Assembly: GCA_030019215.1 (NCBI GenBank)
Contig: JASEEZ010000001.1
Span: 16,588-80,587 of the forward strand
Length of the DNA: 64,000 nt
Direction: 5' to 3'
From: Actinomycetota bacterium
GTDB lineage: Bacteria > Actinomycetota > Aquicultoria > Subteraquimicrobiales > UBA9087
Position 1 is the stretch's first letter, and every line of letters begins with the position of its first letter. Of this stretch, positions 39,605 to 49,915 are shown one piece after another. The position numbers and the translations under genes are program-made. Under the pieces are notes generated by a model. The model did no database searches. It had not been told where the DNA came from and worked only from the letters and a program-made list of their open reading frames with translations.

Positions 39605-39660
39605 AACCCCCGACCAGCTGATTACAAATCAGCTGCTCTACCAGACTGAGCTACACCGGC
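39584..39660 (-). tRNA. tRNA-Thr (anticodon UGU), CCA encoded.
   Basis: Manual cloverleaf: GCCGGTG/CACCGGC-like acceptor (with a G-U pair), D-arm GCTC..GAGC, anticodon loop TT-TGT-AA, T-arm GGGGG-TTCAAAT-CCTCT. Confidence 0.85.
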
Positions 39661-39685
39661 AAAAAGGTGGGTTCACCCTGAAGAG

Positions 39686-40354
39686 TCAATTACCCTTCCG
39701 CTTGAGATGCAAATCGACCTTCCGTTTCACACGCTGCAGAGCATTGTCTATGGATTTAACGTGTCGGTTTAGCTCCCCGGCGATTTCCTGATAAGACTTT
39801 CCCTCTATATACAACCTCAATACTCTGGCTTCGAGTTCGCTCAATATCTCCCCGAAACTTGACCGAATGCTTTTCAATTCCTCGCTGGTAATCACCAAGT
39901 CTATTGGATCACTCGTCTCGGAGCCGGAAAGCATATCCACCAGAGTGCGATCGGACTCCTCCTCAAAATAAACGGGCTTATTCAAAGAGATGTATGAATT
40001 CAGGGGAATGTGCTTCTGCCGAGTGGCGGTTTTGATGGCAGTGATCATCTGACGGGTGATGCAGAGTTCAGCGAAGGCTCGAAAAGAGGCCTGTTTATCC
40101 GGGCGAAAATCCCTAATCGCCTTGTATAACCCTATCATTCCCTCCTGGATTAAATCCTCTTTATCAGCTCCTATTAAAAAATAAGAACGGGCCTTGACCC
40201 GGACGAAATTTTTGTACTTACCCAAAAGAAACTCCAAAGCAAGACTGTTGGCGTCCCTGATCGCTGCCACGAGTTGTTCATCGGTAAAGCTTTCAAAAAA
40301 AGGGGTAGTGTTCTTAATACTCCTTGCTTCGGCTCGCAATCTCATCGCCTCCAA
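39686..40354 (-). CDS. sigH: RNA polymerase sigma factor, SigH-like (sigma-70 family).
   Basis: Regions 2 and 4 (DLIQEGMIGLYKAIRDF...; YIEGKSYQEIAGEL), and its position after the cysS-rlmB cluster as in Bacillus. Confidence 0.75.
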   Translation of the reverse strand: MEAMRLRAEARSIKNTTPFFESFTDEQLVAAIRDANSLALEFLLGKYKNFVRVKARSYFLIGADKEDLIQEGMIGLYKAIRDFRPDKQASFRAFAELCITRQMITAIKTATRQKHIPLNSYISLNKPVYFEEESDRTLVDMLSGSETSDPIDLVITSEELKSIRSSFGEILSELEARVLRLYIEGKSYQEIAGELNRHVKSIDNALQRVKRKVDLHLKRKGN

Positions 40355-40559
40355 AGCTTCTCGGCCGCTGGATAGATCCGAAACCCATCACCGACGGTCA
40401 GACAAGGAACATCGATCACCCCCTCAACAAACTATAGCGAAATCATTATATATTACCAATTTCAAAAACGTCAAGGAAAAATGGCTGGTGAAGGTGAACA
40501 TTGATTGTCTATTTCTACCCTGAACAGCTCATTTTGCGAAGTGCCTCCCTGACCTCGGC

Positions 40560-41040
40560 ATCCAATCTTTCCTCAAGAAATAACCAGGTACCTGATTCCT
40601 GGTTCCTGATTCCTAGTTCCCATTTATCTTAGAGCTTGGAGCATCTCTCGTTATTCGGAATTCGTTAATCGTTATTAGTAATTCGTTATTAGGAAAGGGT
40701 TCAAGGAGTCGAGGGTTCAAGAAGTCGAGGGTCTGTTTTCTAAAGATTTATAAGTCATAGTTCTTTAGCATTTCACTTGACCCCTTGGCTCCCCGAATCC
40801 TCGAATCCTAAAATTACCCCTGTAACTAATTCGGGGCAAATCTATTCCAAATTTCGAATTGCGAATTTCTAGTTTCGAATTGACCCCCCTGACCCCTGGA
40901 CCCTGGTCTCCGAACCCTTTCTACACTCCCAACTCCCTACTCCTCACTCCCGACTTTTATTTTCTCTGGCCTCTGTACCCTGAACCCTATCCCCTGGCAG
41001 CTGACCCCTGATTCCTGGTAGCTGGCAGCTAGCCGCCGCT
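40560..41040. repeat. Large mosaic intergenic repeat block. It includes the core copy 40690-40815 (GGGTTCAAGGAGTCGAGG...GTCTGTTTTCTAAAGA...CCCCTTGGCTCC..GAATCCTCGAATCCTAAA).
   Basis: The core is about 80% identical to 63590-63713. Flanking words (GAATTCGTTATTAG, TTCGAATTG, CCTGATTCCTGGTTCCTG, GACCCCTG) recur at 32450-32870. Confidence 0.6.
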
Positions 41041-41775
41041 TCGCGCCATCCTCTGCCTCCTGACTTCGTACATCAGAAGAGCTCCGGCCATGGCTACGTT
41101 CAGAGATGATATCTTCCCATGCATCGGAATCCTCACCAAAAAATCGCACTTTTGCTCGACCAGACGAGAAAGCCCCTTCCCTTCGCTCCCCAGAACGAGG
41201 GCAATCTTGCCCTTGAGGTCCACCTCGGAGTAGACATCCTTCGCATTCGCGCTACCGCCGATGATCCAAAATCCCTCACCTTTCAATCGCTCGATCGCAT
41301 AAACAAGATTACCAACCTGAACCAAGGGAACATGCTCTACCGCCCCAGCCGAGGCTTTGATCACCGCCGGTGTCAACCCCACCGAACGTCTCCTTGTGAT
41401 CACGATGCCACTCGCCCCCACCGCATCGGCGGAGCGCATAAGGGAACCTAGATTCTGAGGGTCCGTCACCTCGTCTAAAAGCAAAACGATGGGCGGCTCT
41501 TTCTCGCTCCTCAAGGAGATTAAAAAATCATCGAAGGAAATCGGGGGGAGGGGTTCAGCGTAGGCCACCACGCCCTGGTGTGCCTTCAGGTAAGAAATCG
41601 AATCGAGCTCCTTGCGATCGACCATCTTTATGGGTATCCCGCGCTCCCGGGCTATCTTCTTTATCTCTTTGAGGGCATCGCTCTCCTTGAGAGCTTTAGC
41701 TAGAAGAACTCTCTTTATTCTCCGTCTCCCCCGAAGCGCCTCTTGAACAGAGTTTCTACCCTTAATGATATCCAT
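41029..41775 (-). CDS. rlmB: TrmH-family 23S rRNA (guanosine-2'-O-)-methyltransferase (RlmB/YacO-like).
   Basis: SpoU methylase motifs (LLLDEVTDPQNLGSLMRSA..., ..VRIPMHGKISSLNVAMAGALLMYE). Confidence 0.8.
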   Translation of the reverse strand: MDIIKGRNSVQEALRGRRRIKRVLLAKALKESDALKEIKKIARERGIPIKMVDRKELDSISYLKAHQGVVAYAEPLPPISFDDFLISLRSEKEPPIVLLLDEVTDPQNLGSLMRSADAVGASGIVITRRRSVGLTPAVIKASAGAVEHVPLVQVGNLVYAIERLKGEGFWIIGGSANAKDVYSEVDLKGKIALVLGSEGKGLSRLVEQKCDFLVRIPMHGKISSLNVAMAGALLMYEVRRQRMARSGG

Positions 41776-41780
41776 GAACC

Positions 41781-43325
41781 TCAGCCGATGTTTCCTCTGA
41801 TGGCGAACGCTTGCAGGCCGAGCCTCCATCGATGACCCTTTGGGGTGTCCACATCATCAACCTCGACTCCCAATGCCGACAAAGCCACTCTAATCCTGTC
41901 AGCCTCCCGCCATCTCCTCTCACGACGAAGATTTCCCCGAAATATCAGAAGGGCTTCCACCATCGCAGAGATATTTTCCATGGGAAGAGTCCCCTTCCCG
42001 ATGGGCACGGAGAACCCAGTTAAAAGGGAACTCAACCCTTCCGACAGCCTCTTTAGCTGCTCGGGTAGAAGGAAGATTTCCGGAGAGGCAGTCAGACCGA
42101 GCTTTATCCCCAGAACATCGGTCAACTCTCCAAGAACAGTCTTCGCCTCCTTCAACACCAATTCTCTCTTTAGTCCCCGATCCAGGGAAATGTTGATCTT
42201 CCTTGCGAATTCGAAAGTCGCCCCCAGTGCAGAGGCAGTATTAAAATCATCGTCCATTGACTCCTCAAACCTCTTCCTGATAGTAAGGAGAGCTTCAGAG
42301 AGTGCTCCTTCCTCCGCCGAGTCGGTGGTGGCAGTGGTGGTCGTCTCCAAAATGTGCTCCAGGTTGAGAAAAGCAGTTTCCAGTCTTCCCAAAGCCTCAA
42401 TGGCCTCAGTGAGGGAATCCTCGCTAAAATCGATTGGGCTACGATAGTGGGTCGAGAGAAATAATATCCTCAAGGCGTTGCGCAGAACATTCGGATTGTA
42501 CTTATCGAAGAGGTCCTTGACCAGTATGACATTGCCAACCGATTTTGCCATCTTTTCTCCTCGGACGTTGACAAAACCGTTGTGGAGCCAATATCGGACG
42601 AATGGTTCGCTCCCAGCATACGCTTCCGATTGGGCAATCTCATTTTCATGGTGGGGAAAGATGAGGTCCTGCCCTCCGCCGTGGATATCAAAACCCATCC
42701 CCAGAAACTTGAGAGACATTGCAGAACACTCGATATGCCAACCCGGTCTTCCCTCGCCCCACGGACTTGGCCATTTCGGTTCCTCTGGCTTGGCTTTCTT
42801 CCAAAGAGCGAAATCCATCGGATGACGTTTTCGCTCGTCCACCTCAACCCGTTCGCCGGCCCGCATCTCCTCCAGAGTTCTTCCCGACAGCTTTCCGTAG
42901 CCGGGAAATTTTGTAACCTCGAAGAAGACGTCACCATCAACCTCGTAGGCGTACCCCTTATCCACCAGAACCTCAATCATCTGGATCATCTCCGGAATGA
43001 CCTCAGTCGCCTTGGGTTCAACCTGGGGCTTCTCAACACCGAGCCTCTTCATGTCCTCCCAGAAAGCCCGGGTGTACTTTTCGGCGATATTCTCAGAAGT
43101 GGTTTTCTCCTCCCGCGCCCGATTGATAATCTTGTCATCGATGTCGGTCAGGTTGCGCACGTAAGTCACCTTGTAGCCCCGATATTTCAGATAGCGATAG
43201 ATCGCATCAAAGGCAACATAGCACCTGGCGTTTCCGATGTGAATGTAGTTGTACACGGTGGGGCCGCAAACATACATGTAAATGCTGCCCGCCTCGCGGG
43301 GAATGAATTCTTCCTTCCGCTTCAT
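41781..43325 (-). CDS. cysS: Cysteine--tRNA ligase. Start MKRKEEFIP; the track ORF is N-extended.
   Basis: HIGN and KMAKS (KMSKS) motifs. Confidence 0.9.
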   Translation of the reverse strand: MKRKEEFIPREAGSIYMYVCGPTVYNYIHIGNARCYVAFDAIYRYLKYRGYKVTYVRNLTDIDDKIINRAREEKTTSENIAEKYTRAFWEDMKRLGVEKPQVEPKATEVIPEMIQMIEVLVDKGYAYEVDGDVFFEVTKFPGYGKLSGRTLEEMRAGERVEVDERKRHPMDFALWKKAKPEEPKWPSPWGEGRPGWHIECSAMSLKFLGMGFDIHGGGQDLIFPHHENEIAQSEAYAGSEPFVRYWLHNGFVNVRGEKMAKSVGNVILVKDLFDKYNPNVLRNALRILFLSTHYRSPIDFSEDSLTEAIEALGRLETAFLNLEHILETTTTATTDSAEEGALSEALLTIRKRFEESMDDDFNTASALGATFEFARKINISLDRGLKRELVLKEAKTVLGELTDVLGIKLGLTASPEIFLLPEQLKRLSEGLSSLLTGFSVPIGKGTLPMENISAMVEALLIFRGNLRRERRWREADRIRVALSALGVEVDDVDTPKGHRWRLGLQAFAIRGNIG

Positions 43326-43332
43326 CAGAGTA

Positions 43333-44070
43333 TTATGAACCCTCGGTTCCACCCTTCTTCTCCAACTCCTCCAACCTATGTTCCAGCTCATCAACGCGGC
43401 GGTGAAAGGAGTTAAACATCTCCGCCACCGGGTCGGGTATCTTCTCATGATGCAAGTCGATGGTGGGAATCTTCACACCTTCCCTTTTCACCACCCTCCC
43501 CGGAACTCCAACCACGGTGCTGTTCGGTGGAACAGGCCTGATGACCACAGCCCCCGAACCCACAACGGCGTTGTCACCCACGGTTATCGCGCCCAGAATG
43601 GTAGCATCCGCGGCAATGACCACATTATTGCCGATGGTGGGGTGACGCTTACCCTTCTCCTTCCCCGTTCCCCCCAGAGTAACCCCCTGGAAGAGAGTAA
43701 CACTGTCTCCAATCTCGGTAGTCTCACCGATGACTACACCCATGCCGTGATCGATGAAGAACCCCTGACCTATTCGGGCTCCTGGATGAATCTCTATTCC
43801 CGTGAGAAAGCGACTGATGTGAGAGATAAGCCTGGGAAGAATGCGCAACCCTCGAAGATAGAACCAATGGGCCACCCTATGGAAACAGATGGCGTGAAAG
43901 CCGGGGTAAGCCAGGATAACCTCAAGGGCACTGGTGGCCGCCGGGTCTCTATCTAAAGCCGCCTGAATATCCTTTCTCAGCTGACCAAACAAATCAATTC
44001 CCCCCGTCCACTTTCTCCAGCAAGACCACGGAGTAAGCGGCAATGCCCTCTTTCCGACCGGTAAAGCCAA
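43333..44070 (-). CDS. cysE: Serine O-acetyltransferase (start uncertain; the 5' end overlaps ispF).
   Basis: SAT N-terminal domain plus hexapeptide repeats. Confidence 0.85.
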   Translation of the reverse strand: MALPVGKRALPLTPWSCWRKWTGGIDLFGQLRKDIQAALDRDPAATSALEVILAYPGFHAICFHRVAHWFYLRGLRILPRLISHISRFLTGIEIHPGARIGQGFFIDHGMGVVIGETTEIGDSVTLFQGVTLGGTGKEKGKRHPTIGNNVVIAADATILGAITVGDNAVVGSGAVVIRPVPPNSTVVGVPGRVVKREGVKIPTIDLHHEKIPDPVAEMFNSFHRRVDELEHRLEELEKKGGTEGS

Positions 44071-44482
44071 GGCCCTCGGTAGTTTTGGCCTTGATGCTCA
44101 CCCCCTCAACATCCATCGAGAGTACGGTGGCTATCTTTTCTCTCATTTCATCTCTGTAATCGCTCAACCAGGGTTCCTCTAAAACAACGACAGCGTCCGC
44201 ATTGACCACCCTGTAACCTCTCTCATCTAGGATCGCTTTCGTCTTTTCCAGTAGCTTCAAGCTGGAGATACCCTTGTAACGCTCCTCACCGGGGGGAAAA
44301 TACTGACCGATATCGCCCGCCGCAGCCGCACCCAGGAGGGCATCGATCAAAGCGTGCAAGATGACATCAGCATCCGAGTGCCCGGCCAACCCCAGAGGAT
44401 ACGGAATGGTCACCCCTCCCAGTACTAGGGGGCGACCGGGTGCAAATCTATGCGCGTCAAAGCCGATACCAACCCTCACCAT
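43994..44482 (-). CDS. ispF: 2-C-methyl-D-erythritol 2,4-cyclodiphosphate synthase.
   Basis: [13 protein letters not shown]...HSDADV motifs. Confidence 0.9.
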   Translation of the reverse strand: MVRVGIGFDAHRFAPGRPLVLGGVTIPYPLGLAGHSDADVILHALIDALLGAAAAGDIGQYFPPGEERYKGISSLKLLEKTKAILDERGYRVVNADAVVVLEEPWLSDYRDEMREKIATVLSMDVEGVSIKAKTTEGLGFTGRKEGIAAYSVVLLEKVDGGN

Positions 44483-44530
44483 TCCACCTTTGTCACGGGT
44501 CAAGGGACATGAGACATGGTCACTTTTCAC

Positions 44531-45298
44531 TCATGACCCCTGTCTCCTTTTGAGGATGACTTCCGCCACCAGTAAATCCTCGGGTACGGTTATCTTTATA
44601 TTTTCATAGGAGCCCATGATCACTCTCACTCTATAACCCAATCTCTCCAGGAGAACGGCGTCATCGGTGCCGTAAAAACCATCACCCCTGGCTCTCTCGT
44701 GAGCCTCTTCGAGGAGATGGCGTGGGAAAACCTGAGGAGTCTGGATGCACCACAGTTTCGAGCGATCGAGCGTTTGAACTATCCTCTCGCCCTCCACGAA
44801 CTTCACCGTATCCCTGACCGGCACCCCGAGCACAACCCCATCCCAGCCGCTCAAAGCCGAGATGGCCTCCTCTATCAGCCGAGGCAAGATGAGGGGACGC
44901 GCACCATCGTGTATGACCACGACCCCTGTATCTCTAGGTAACACCCGAAGACCGTTGCCGACGGAATCCTGTCTCTCCTCGCCTCCCACCGTGATCTCGG
45001 AAACCTTTGAGATATCATGTTCCTCGACCAGCCCCCGGCAAACCTCGATGTCCCCCTCGTTCACGATGACAACAATCTGATGAATGGAATCGCACCCCTG
45101 AAGCGCCCGGAGAGTGTGAGCCAAAAGGGGCTCGCCACAAAGGGAAAGGTATTGCTTACCCGTCCCGACCTCACTGAAACCCCACCGAGCGAGAGAGCTC
45201 GCCCCTGCCCTCATTCTTTGACCTTTCCCGGCAGCCACGATGAGAGCCGTATTCGAACCCTTAGACACTACTCTCCTCCGCCTCTTTAAGCTTGGCAA
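44531..45298 (-). CDS. ispD: 2-C-methyl-D-erythritol 4-phosphate cytidylyltransferase.
   Basis: ALIVAAGKGQRM nucleotide-binding motif. Confidence 0.85.
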   Translation of the reverse strand: MPSLKRRRRVVSKGSNTALIVAAGKGQRMRAGASSLARWGFSEVGTGKQYLSLCGEPLLAHTLRALQGCDSIHQIVVIVNEGDIEVCRGLVEEHDISKVSEITVGGEERQDSVGNGLRVLPRDTGVVVIHDGARPLILPRLIEEAISALSGWDGVVLGVPVRDTVKFVEGERIVQTLDRSKLWCIQTPQVFPRHLLEEAHERARGDGFYGTDDAVLLERLGYRVRVIMGSYENIKITVPEDLLVAEVILKRRQGS

Positions 45299-46328
45299 AG
45301 ATCATCCTTCCAGCGGAGGTCTGGAGAACACCGGTCACGGTCACCTGAACCTCTTTGCTCATATATCTCCTCCCCTCCTCGACCACGACCATGGTGCCAT
45401 CGTCCAGATAACCAACGCCCTGTCCTGCTTCCTTTCCTCCCCTGACAATTCGGATGCTCATCTCTTCCCCCGCCATAAAGGTGGGCTTGAGGGCATTCGC
45501 CAACTCGTTGATATTGAGCACGCGAACCCCTTGAAACTCCGCCACCTTGTTCAAGTTGTAGTCGGTGGTAAGGATCGTAGCATTCATCTCCTTGGCCAGT
45601 TGGACTAATTTCGCATCGACGTCGACCGGTTTTGGGAAGTCCCTTTCCAGAATTTGAACCTCTATTTTGGGCTCCCTCTGGAGGACACCGAGAACATCTA
45701 AGCCTCGGCGACCGCGACTCCTCTTAAGAAAATCATCGGAATCAGCGACGGTGTGGAGCTCCCTCAGAACAAAACGTGGAACATTCAATCTCCCCTCCAG
45801 AAAGCCCGTCTTGCAAATATCCGCGATCCTCCCATCGATGATGACACTGGTATCCAATATCCTTTCCAAAAGGGAAGAGGGGGGCTTAAATTTTTTGAAG
45901 CCGAAGAGCCGAAATATCCCTTTGAAATCCTCCTTCCTGCGCAGAGAAAGGCGGATGCCCAGGTAACCCAAGACAACGTAAGCGAGAACAACCACATAAG
46001 GACCGGCAAAGGGAATGGCTTTAAGGGGAAGAAAAATCAAGGTGGCCAGGAGAAGACCAATGACCAAACCAGCGAGACCAATCACCAAATCGAGCCCCGG
46101 GATTCTTTGAACCTTGGCCTCGATCCAATTAAAGATTTTAACTAACCTTCGGCCGACTATACCTCCCAGAACATACCCTAATCCGGAGCCGATTATTATA
46201 TAAAGTATAATTCCGATGACCTTGGGACCTGGAATAGGAGGTCTGAGGAGGTGAGTTAACCTATAGCCACCGATTATACCCGCGATAACAAAGATCAAGC
46301 GGACTATCTCGACTATCATCACCAACAC
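45261..46328 (-). CDS. yacL: PIN/TRAM-domain membrane protein (YacL-like).
   Basis: N-terminal TM helices, PIN domain (..DTSVIIDGRIADI..), C-terminal TRAM-like barrel. Confidence 0.8.
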   Translation of the reverse strand: MLVMIVEIVRLIFVIAGIIGGYRLTHLLRPPIPGPKVIGIILYIIIGSGLGYVLGGIVGRRLVKIFNWIEAKVQRIPGLDLVIGLAGLVIGLLLATLIFLPLKAIPFAGPYVVVLAYVVLGYLGIRLSLRRKEDFKGIFRLFGFKKFKPPSSLLERILDTSVIIDGRIADICKTGFLEGRLNVPRFVLRELHTVADSDDFLKRSRGRRGLDVLGVLQREPKIEVQILERDFPKPVDVDAKLVQLAKEMNATILTTDYNLNKVAEFQGVRVLNINELANALKPTFMAGEEMSIRIVRGGKEAGQGVGYLDDGTMVVVEEGRRYMSKEVQVTVTGVLQTSAGRMIFAKLKEAEESSV

Positions 46329-46356
46329 CTCTCATATATTAAAATCGCTTAAAATT

Positions 46357-46857
46357 TTAGTTTGGCACCACCTCCCCACCACAGTTAAAAATCCTGTCCA
46401 TCATCGAACAAACCTCCTTTTCATCGACATCCAAAACCAGGGCCAGCTCCCCGGCAAGAATCTCCCTCGCCCTGCTCAGCATCCTCTTCTCCCCGGCGGA
46501 TAAACCCACTCCTACGTCCCTGACAGATAAATTTCTCACCACTTCGGCAACTTTAAAAGCATCCCCGCTTCTGATCTTCACTTTATTCTCTTTGAACCGT
46601 TTGTTCCAATCCTCAGACATGTCGGACATACCCTCAGCTAGAAGCATCAATATCCTCTGAGCCTCCTTCGAGGAGATGACCCTCCTCAATCCGACATCCT
46701 CCAAGCTACCCAGAGGTATCTCTATCTTCAATTGCTCATGAGGAAAGTATAGGGTATAGTACTTTTTCTTCTCCCCCAGAACTTCCTTCTCTGCAACTCC
46801 CTCCACGACACCCACACCGTGATTCGGGTAAACAACCGGTTCTCCGACGTCAAACAC
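46357..46857 (-). CDS. CarD/CdnL-family transcriptional regulator.
   Basis: N-terminal RNAP-interacting Tudor-like domain (GEPVVYPNHGVGVVEGV..). Confidence 0.8.
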   Translation of the reverse strand: MFDVGEPVVYPNHGVGVVEGVAEKEVLGEKKKYYTLYFPHEQLKIEIPLGSLEDVGLRRVISSKEAQRILMLLAEGMSDMSEDWNKRFKENKVKIRSGDAFKVAEVVRNLSVRDVGVGLSAGEKRMLSRAREILAGELALVLDVDEKEVCSMMDRIFNCGGEVVPN

Positions 46858-46994
46858 CTTAAACCTCCTTTGTCAATCTTAGCATAGCTGGGAGATGTGG
46901 TCAAAATAGCGCTTTCTTGACAAGGAAATTAAGGAAAATTTATAATGAGCTTAATTTATGCTAGTGGTCTTCGCACCCACAAGGAGGTAAAAGG

Positions 46995-47390
46995 ATGACG
47001 CAAAACTGCTGCCAAAAATTTCAGCAAACGGTCTCCGACTACCTGGTAAGACACCGCAGCATTCTGGATGTAATGTCGAAGCTACAGGAATCAAGTGCCC
47101 ACGTCAACAGAGCTATAGCCAAAGCGGTTACCACCTGCGGATGTCTGAAGATCGAAGCCCGAAAACAACCAGTCCCCTCCGATGCCGCCCTCGCGGAAAT
47201 CTCCCAGTACACTCAAACTCACCTTGAAGGAAAACTGTGTCCAAACTGCTTCGAAGTTGTGGAAGAAGAAGTGGGGAATGTACTCTTCTATGTGGCAGCC
47301 ATGTGCGAACTGTTGAATTTGGACCTCGAGAAGGTAATCGCTAGTGAGAACGAACGAATCTCCACACTTGGTCTTTACAGCCTCACCTGA
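46995..47390 (+). CDS. Hypothetical Cys-rich protein (131 aa) with a C-terminal MazG-like helix pattern (EEEVGNVLFYVAAMCELLNLDLEKV).
   Basis: RBS AAGGAGG. Conserved-looking gene, function unknown. Confidence 0.4.
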   Translation: MTQNCCQKFQQTVSDYLVRHRSILDVMSKLQESSAHVNRAIAKAVTTCGCLKIEARKQPVPSDAALAEISQYTQTHLEGKLCPNCFEVVEEEVGNVLFYVAAMCELLNLDLEKVIASENERISTLGLYSLT

Positions 47391-47464
47391 TCTTCAACTA
47401 ACCCCTACAGGGTGGGAGACCCTCCACCGTATCCACTAACCGGTGGCTCTTTTCTCCTGATCCT

Positions 47465-48529
47465 CTAGACGTATCGTTCCAGGAAGCTATGCTCCTTGAT
47501 CCGCTTCAAACCTTCCCAAATGGCTTTGGCTCTCACCGCTCCCACGCCCTCCACAACATCCAGATCCTCGATGCTCGCTTGAAGGATGCCCTGCAAATTT
47601 CCGAATTTAGAAACGATCCTCTTCGCGACCTTAATTGGAAGGCGCGGTATCTTTCTCAACAATCGGTAGCCCCTTGGGTGAACGGAAAGATCAAGAATAC
47701 CGGGATCCCCCTCATAACCCAGGATCCGACATATCTTCAAAAAATCCAGAAGATCCTCTGAAGACAATTTGGCCAACTCAGACTTGGCCCTTTCAGCCCG
47801 CTTATTCAGACAATAATCCCCGACAGCCATGAGTGTATCCTCTCTCACACCAGCCATGAGCTCTTCCATCTGCATTTCAATCAACCTACCCTCCGCTCCC
47901 AGCTCGTTGATGTATCGCTCGATCTCCCCGGCAACCCTTTCCACCATCTCTGAACGCTGCAGAAGGTTGGCCACGTCCTGAAGAGTAACCAGGTCCTCAA
48001 GCTCCAGGGTGTTCAGATTCGTAAAAACCTGATCCAGACGGATTTTGTACCTCTCGAGAGTCTGAAGGGCCTGATTGGCCTTGGCCAAAATCACCCTGAT
48101 GTCTGCCAGCACGTACTTCATGTCGTCTATGTAAAGGGACACAACGTCACGACGTTGGGAGATGGAGATGACCAGGGCCTTCGTTTGCTTGGCTACGCGC
48201 TCGGCGGTGCGGTGTCGCATCCCGGTCTCGCTGGTGGGAAGGGAAGAATCCGGTACCAGATGAACATTAGCCCTCAAGATGCGAGTCATGTCCTCATCCA
48301 TGATGATGGCTCCATCCATCTTAGCCAGCTCAAAGAGTTTTTGGGCAATGAATTCGCAACCCAGCTCAAACCCCCCATCGCAAAGAGGTATCACATTCTT
48401 CGTATCACCGACGACGATCAGCGCTCCCGTTCGAGCACTGATGATGCGCTCAAGCGCCTCTCTCAACCCCGTACCGGGAGCTACCTTCTTTAAAGCATTC
48501 ACCAGTCTCTGCTCGAGCCGAGCCCCCAC
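47465..48529 (-). CDS. disA: DNA integrity scanning protein DisA (diadenylate cyclase).
   Basis: DAC domain (..GALIVVGD.., DGAIIMD) and C-terminal HhH. Confidence 0.9.
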   Translation of the reverse strand: MGARLEQRLVNALKKVAPGTGLREALERIISARTGALIVVGDTKNVIPLCDGGFELGCEFIAQKLFELAKMDGAIIMDEDMTRILRANVHLVPDSSLPTSETGMRHRTAERVAKQTKALVISISQRRDVVSLYIDDMKYVLADIRVILAKANQALQTLERYKIRLDQVFTNLNTLELEDLVTLQDVANLLQRSEMVERVAGEIERYINELGAEGRLIEMQMEELMAGVREDTLMAVGDYCLNKRAERAKSELAKLSSEDLLDFLKICRILGYEGDPGILDLSVHPRGYRLLRKIPRLPIKVAKRIVSKFGNLQGILQASIEDLDVVEGVGAVRAKAIWEGLKRIKEHSFLERYV

Positions 48530-49915
48530 CTATGAATCCCCTCTAGTCTCAAAAACTCTTAGGGCTTCTTTCAGGGTTCCGATGGCCAGAGTCTCAATCG
48601 GTGGGAGTTCCCCCATCACACCAGCGGGACCTGCTTGCCGGTAAGCGGGCATGACAACCTTTTTAAAGCCCAGTTTGGCAATTTCCCTCAACCTCATTTC
48701 AACCTGGCTCACAAACCTGGCTTCCCCGGCCAGTCCAATCTCGCCAAAAGCGACCAAGCCCCCCGGCAGCGGCGAGTCTTTGTAAGCTGAGATCAGAGCC
48801 AGAGCCATGCCCAAATCCGCCGCCGGCTCGGTCACCCGTACCCCGCCAGCCACATTCACATGAACATCCCAATTGTCCATTCGAAAACCCAATCTCCTCT
48901 CCAGAACGGCTAATACCATGGAGAGCCGATTGTAATCCAAACCGGATACGAACCTCCGCGGAATCGCCAGGTGGGATTGGGTCACCAACGCCTGCAACTC
49001 CACACAGAGCGGTCGAGTTCCTTCCACCGTCGCCACCACCACGGAACCGGGAACCTCTGGAGACCTCTGAGCCAAAAACATAACAGATGGATCCTCGACC
49101 CCCTCCAATCCCTTGGCCTTCATCTCAAAAACACCGATTTCATTTGTCGATCCGTAACGATTCTTGACAGATCGAATGATCCGGTAGGAAAGATGTTTAT
49201 CACCCTCAAAGTAGAGAACGGTATCGACGATGTGCTCTAAGACCCGGGGGCCAGCGATCGATCCCTCCTTGGTCACATGACCCGCGATAAAGAGGGGAGC
49301 ACCCCGCCTCTTGGCCAAACGCATGAGCGAACTGGTGCTCTCCCTTACCTGGCTGACGCTCCCCGGGGCCGAGGATATATCCGGACAGAACATTGTCTGA
49401 ATGGAATCGATGACCACGAGAGCCGGATTCAGCTCCTGGATTTGGCTTTGAACCACTTCCACATCGTTCTCGGCAAGGATGAAGAGATCGTCGGAGAGCG
49501 CACCCAATCTATCCGCCCTCATTCGGATTTGACCGGTGGACTCCTCACCGGAGACCAACAGGACTCGCCCCACCGACCTGGCAATATTGCTTGAAACTTG
49601 GAGTAGAAGAGTGGATTTGCCTATCCCGGGTTCTCCCCCGATCAAAATGAGGGAACCAGGAACAATCCCTCCGCCCAGGACTCTATCCAATTCCGAAATT
49701 TGGGTGGGGTAGCGCTTTTGAGAGACGGTGGGGACGACCGTAATCTTCTGCGGCATCTGTGGTGGGAGCTTCCATCTGGGAGCAAGGGAGGATTTTCCCT
49801 CCATCGGCTCCTCGACCATAGTATTCCATTGCCCACAGTCGGGGCATTTTCCCATCCACTTTGGGGAAAGATAACCACACTCCTGACATCTGACCACGTA
49901 CCTCGTTTTGCTCAT
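48530..49915 (-). CDS. radA: DNA repair protein RadA/Sms.
   Basis: N-terminal Zn finger CxxC..CxxC, Walker [15 protein letters not shown] motif and Lon-like C-terminal domain. Confidence 0.95.
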   Translation of the reverse strand: MSKTRYVVRCQECGYLSPKWMGKCPDCGQWNTMVEEPMEGKSSLAPRWKLPPQMPQKITVVPTVSQKRYPTQISELDRVLGGGIVPGSLILIGGEPGIGKSTLLLQVSSNIARSVGRVLLVSGEESTGQIRMRADRLGALSDDLFILAENDVEVVQSQIQELNPALVVIDSIQTMFCPDISSAPGSVSQVRESTSSLMRLAKRRGAPLFIAGHVTKEGSIAGPRVLEHIVDTVLYFEGDKHLSYRIIRSVKNRYGSTNEIGVFEMKAKGLEGVEDPSVMFLAQRSPEVPGSVVVATVEGTRPLCVELQALVTQSHLAIPRRFVSGLDYNRLSMVLAVLERRLGFRMDNWDVHVNVAGGVRVTEPAADLGMALALISAYKDSPLPGGLVAFGEIGLAGEARFVSQVEMRLREIAKLGFKKVVMPAYRQAGPAGVMGELPPIETLAIGTLKEALRVFETRGDS

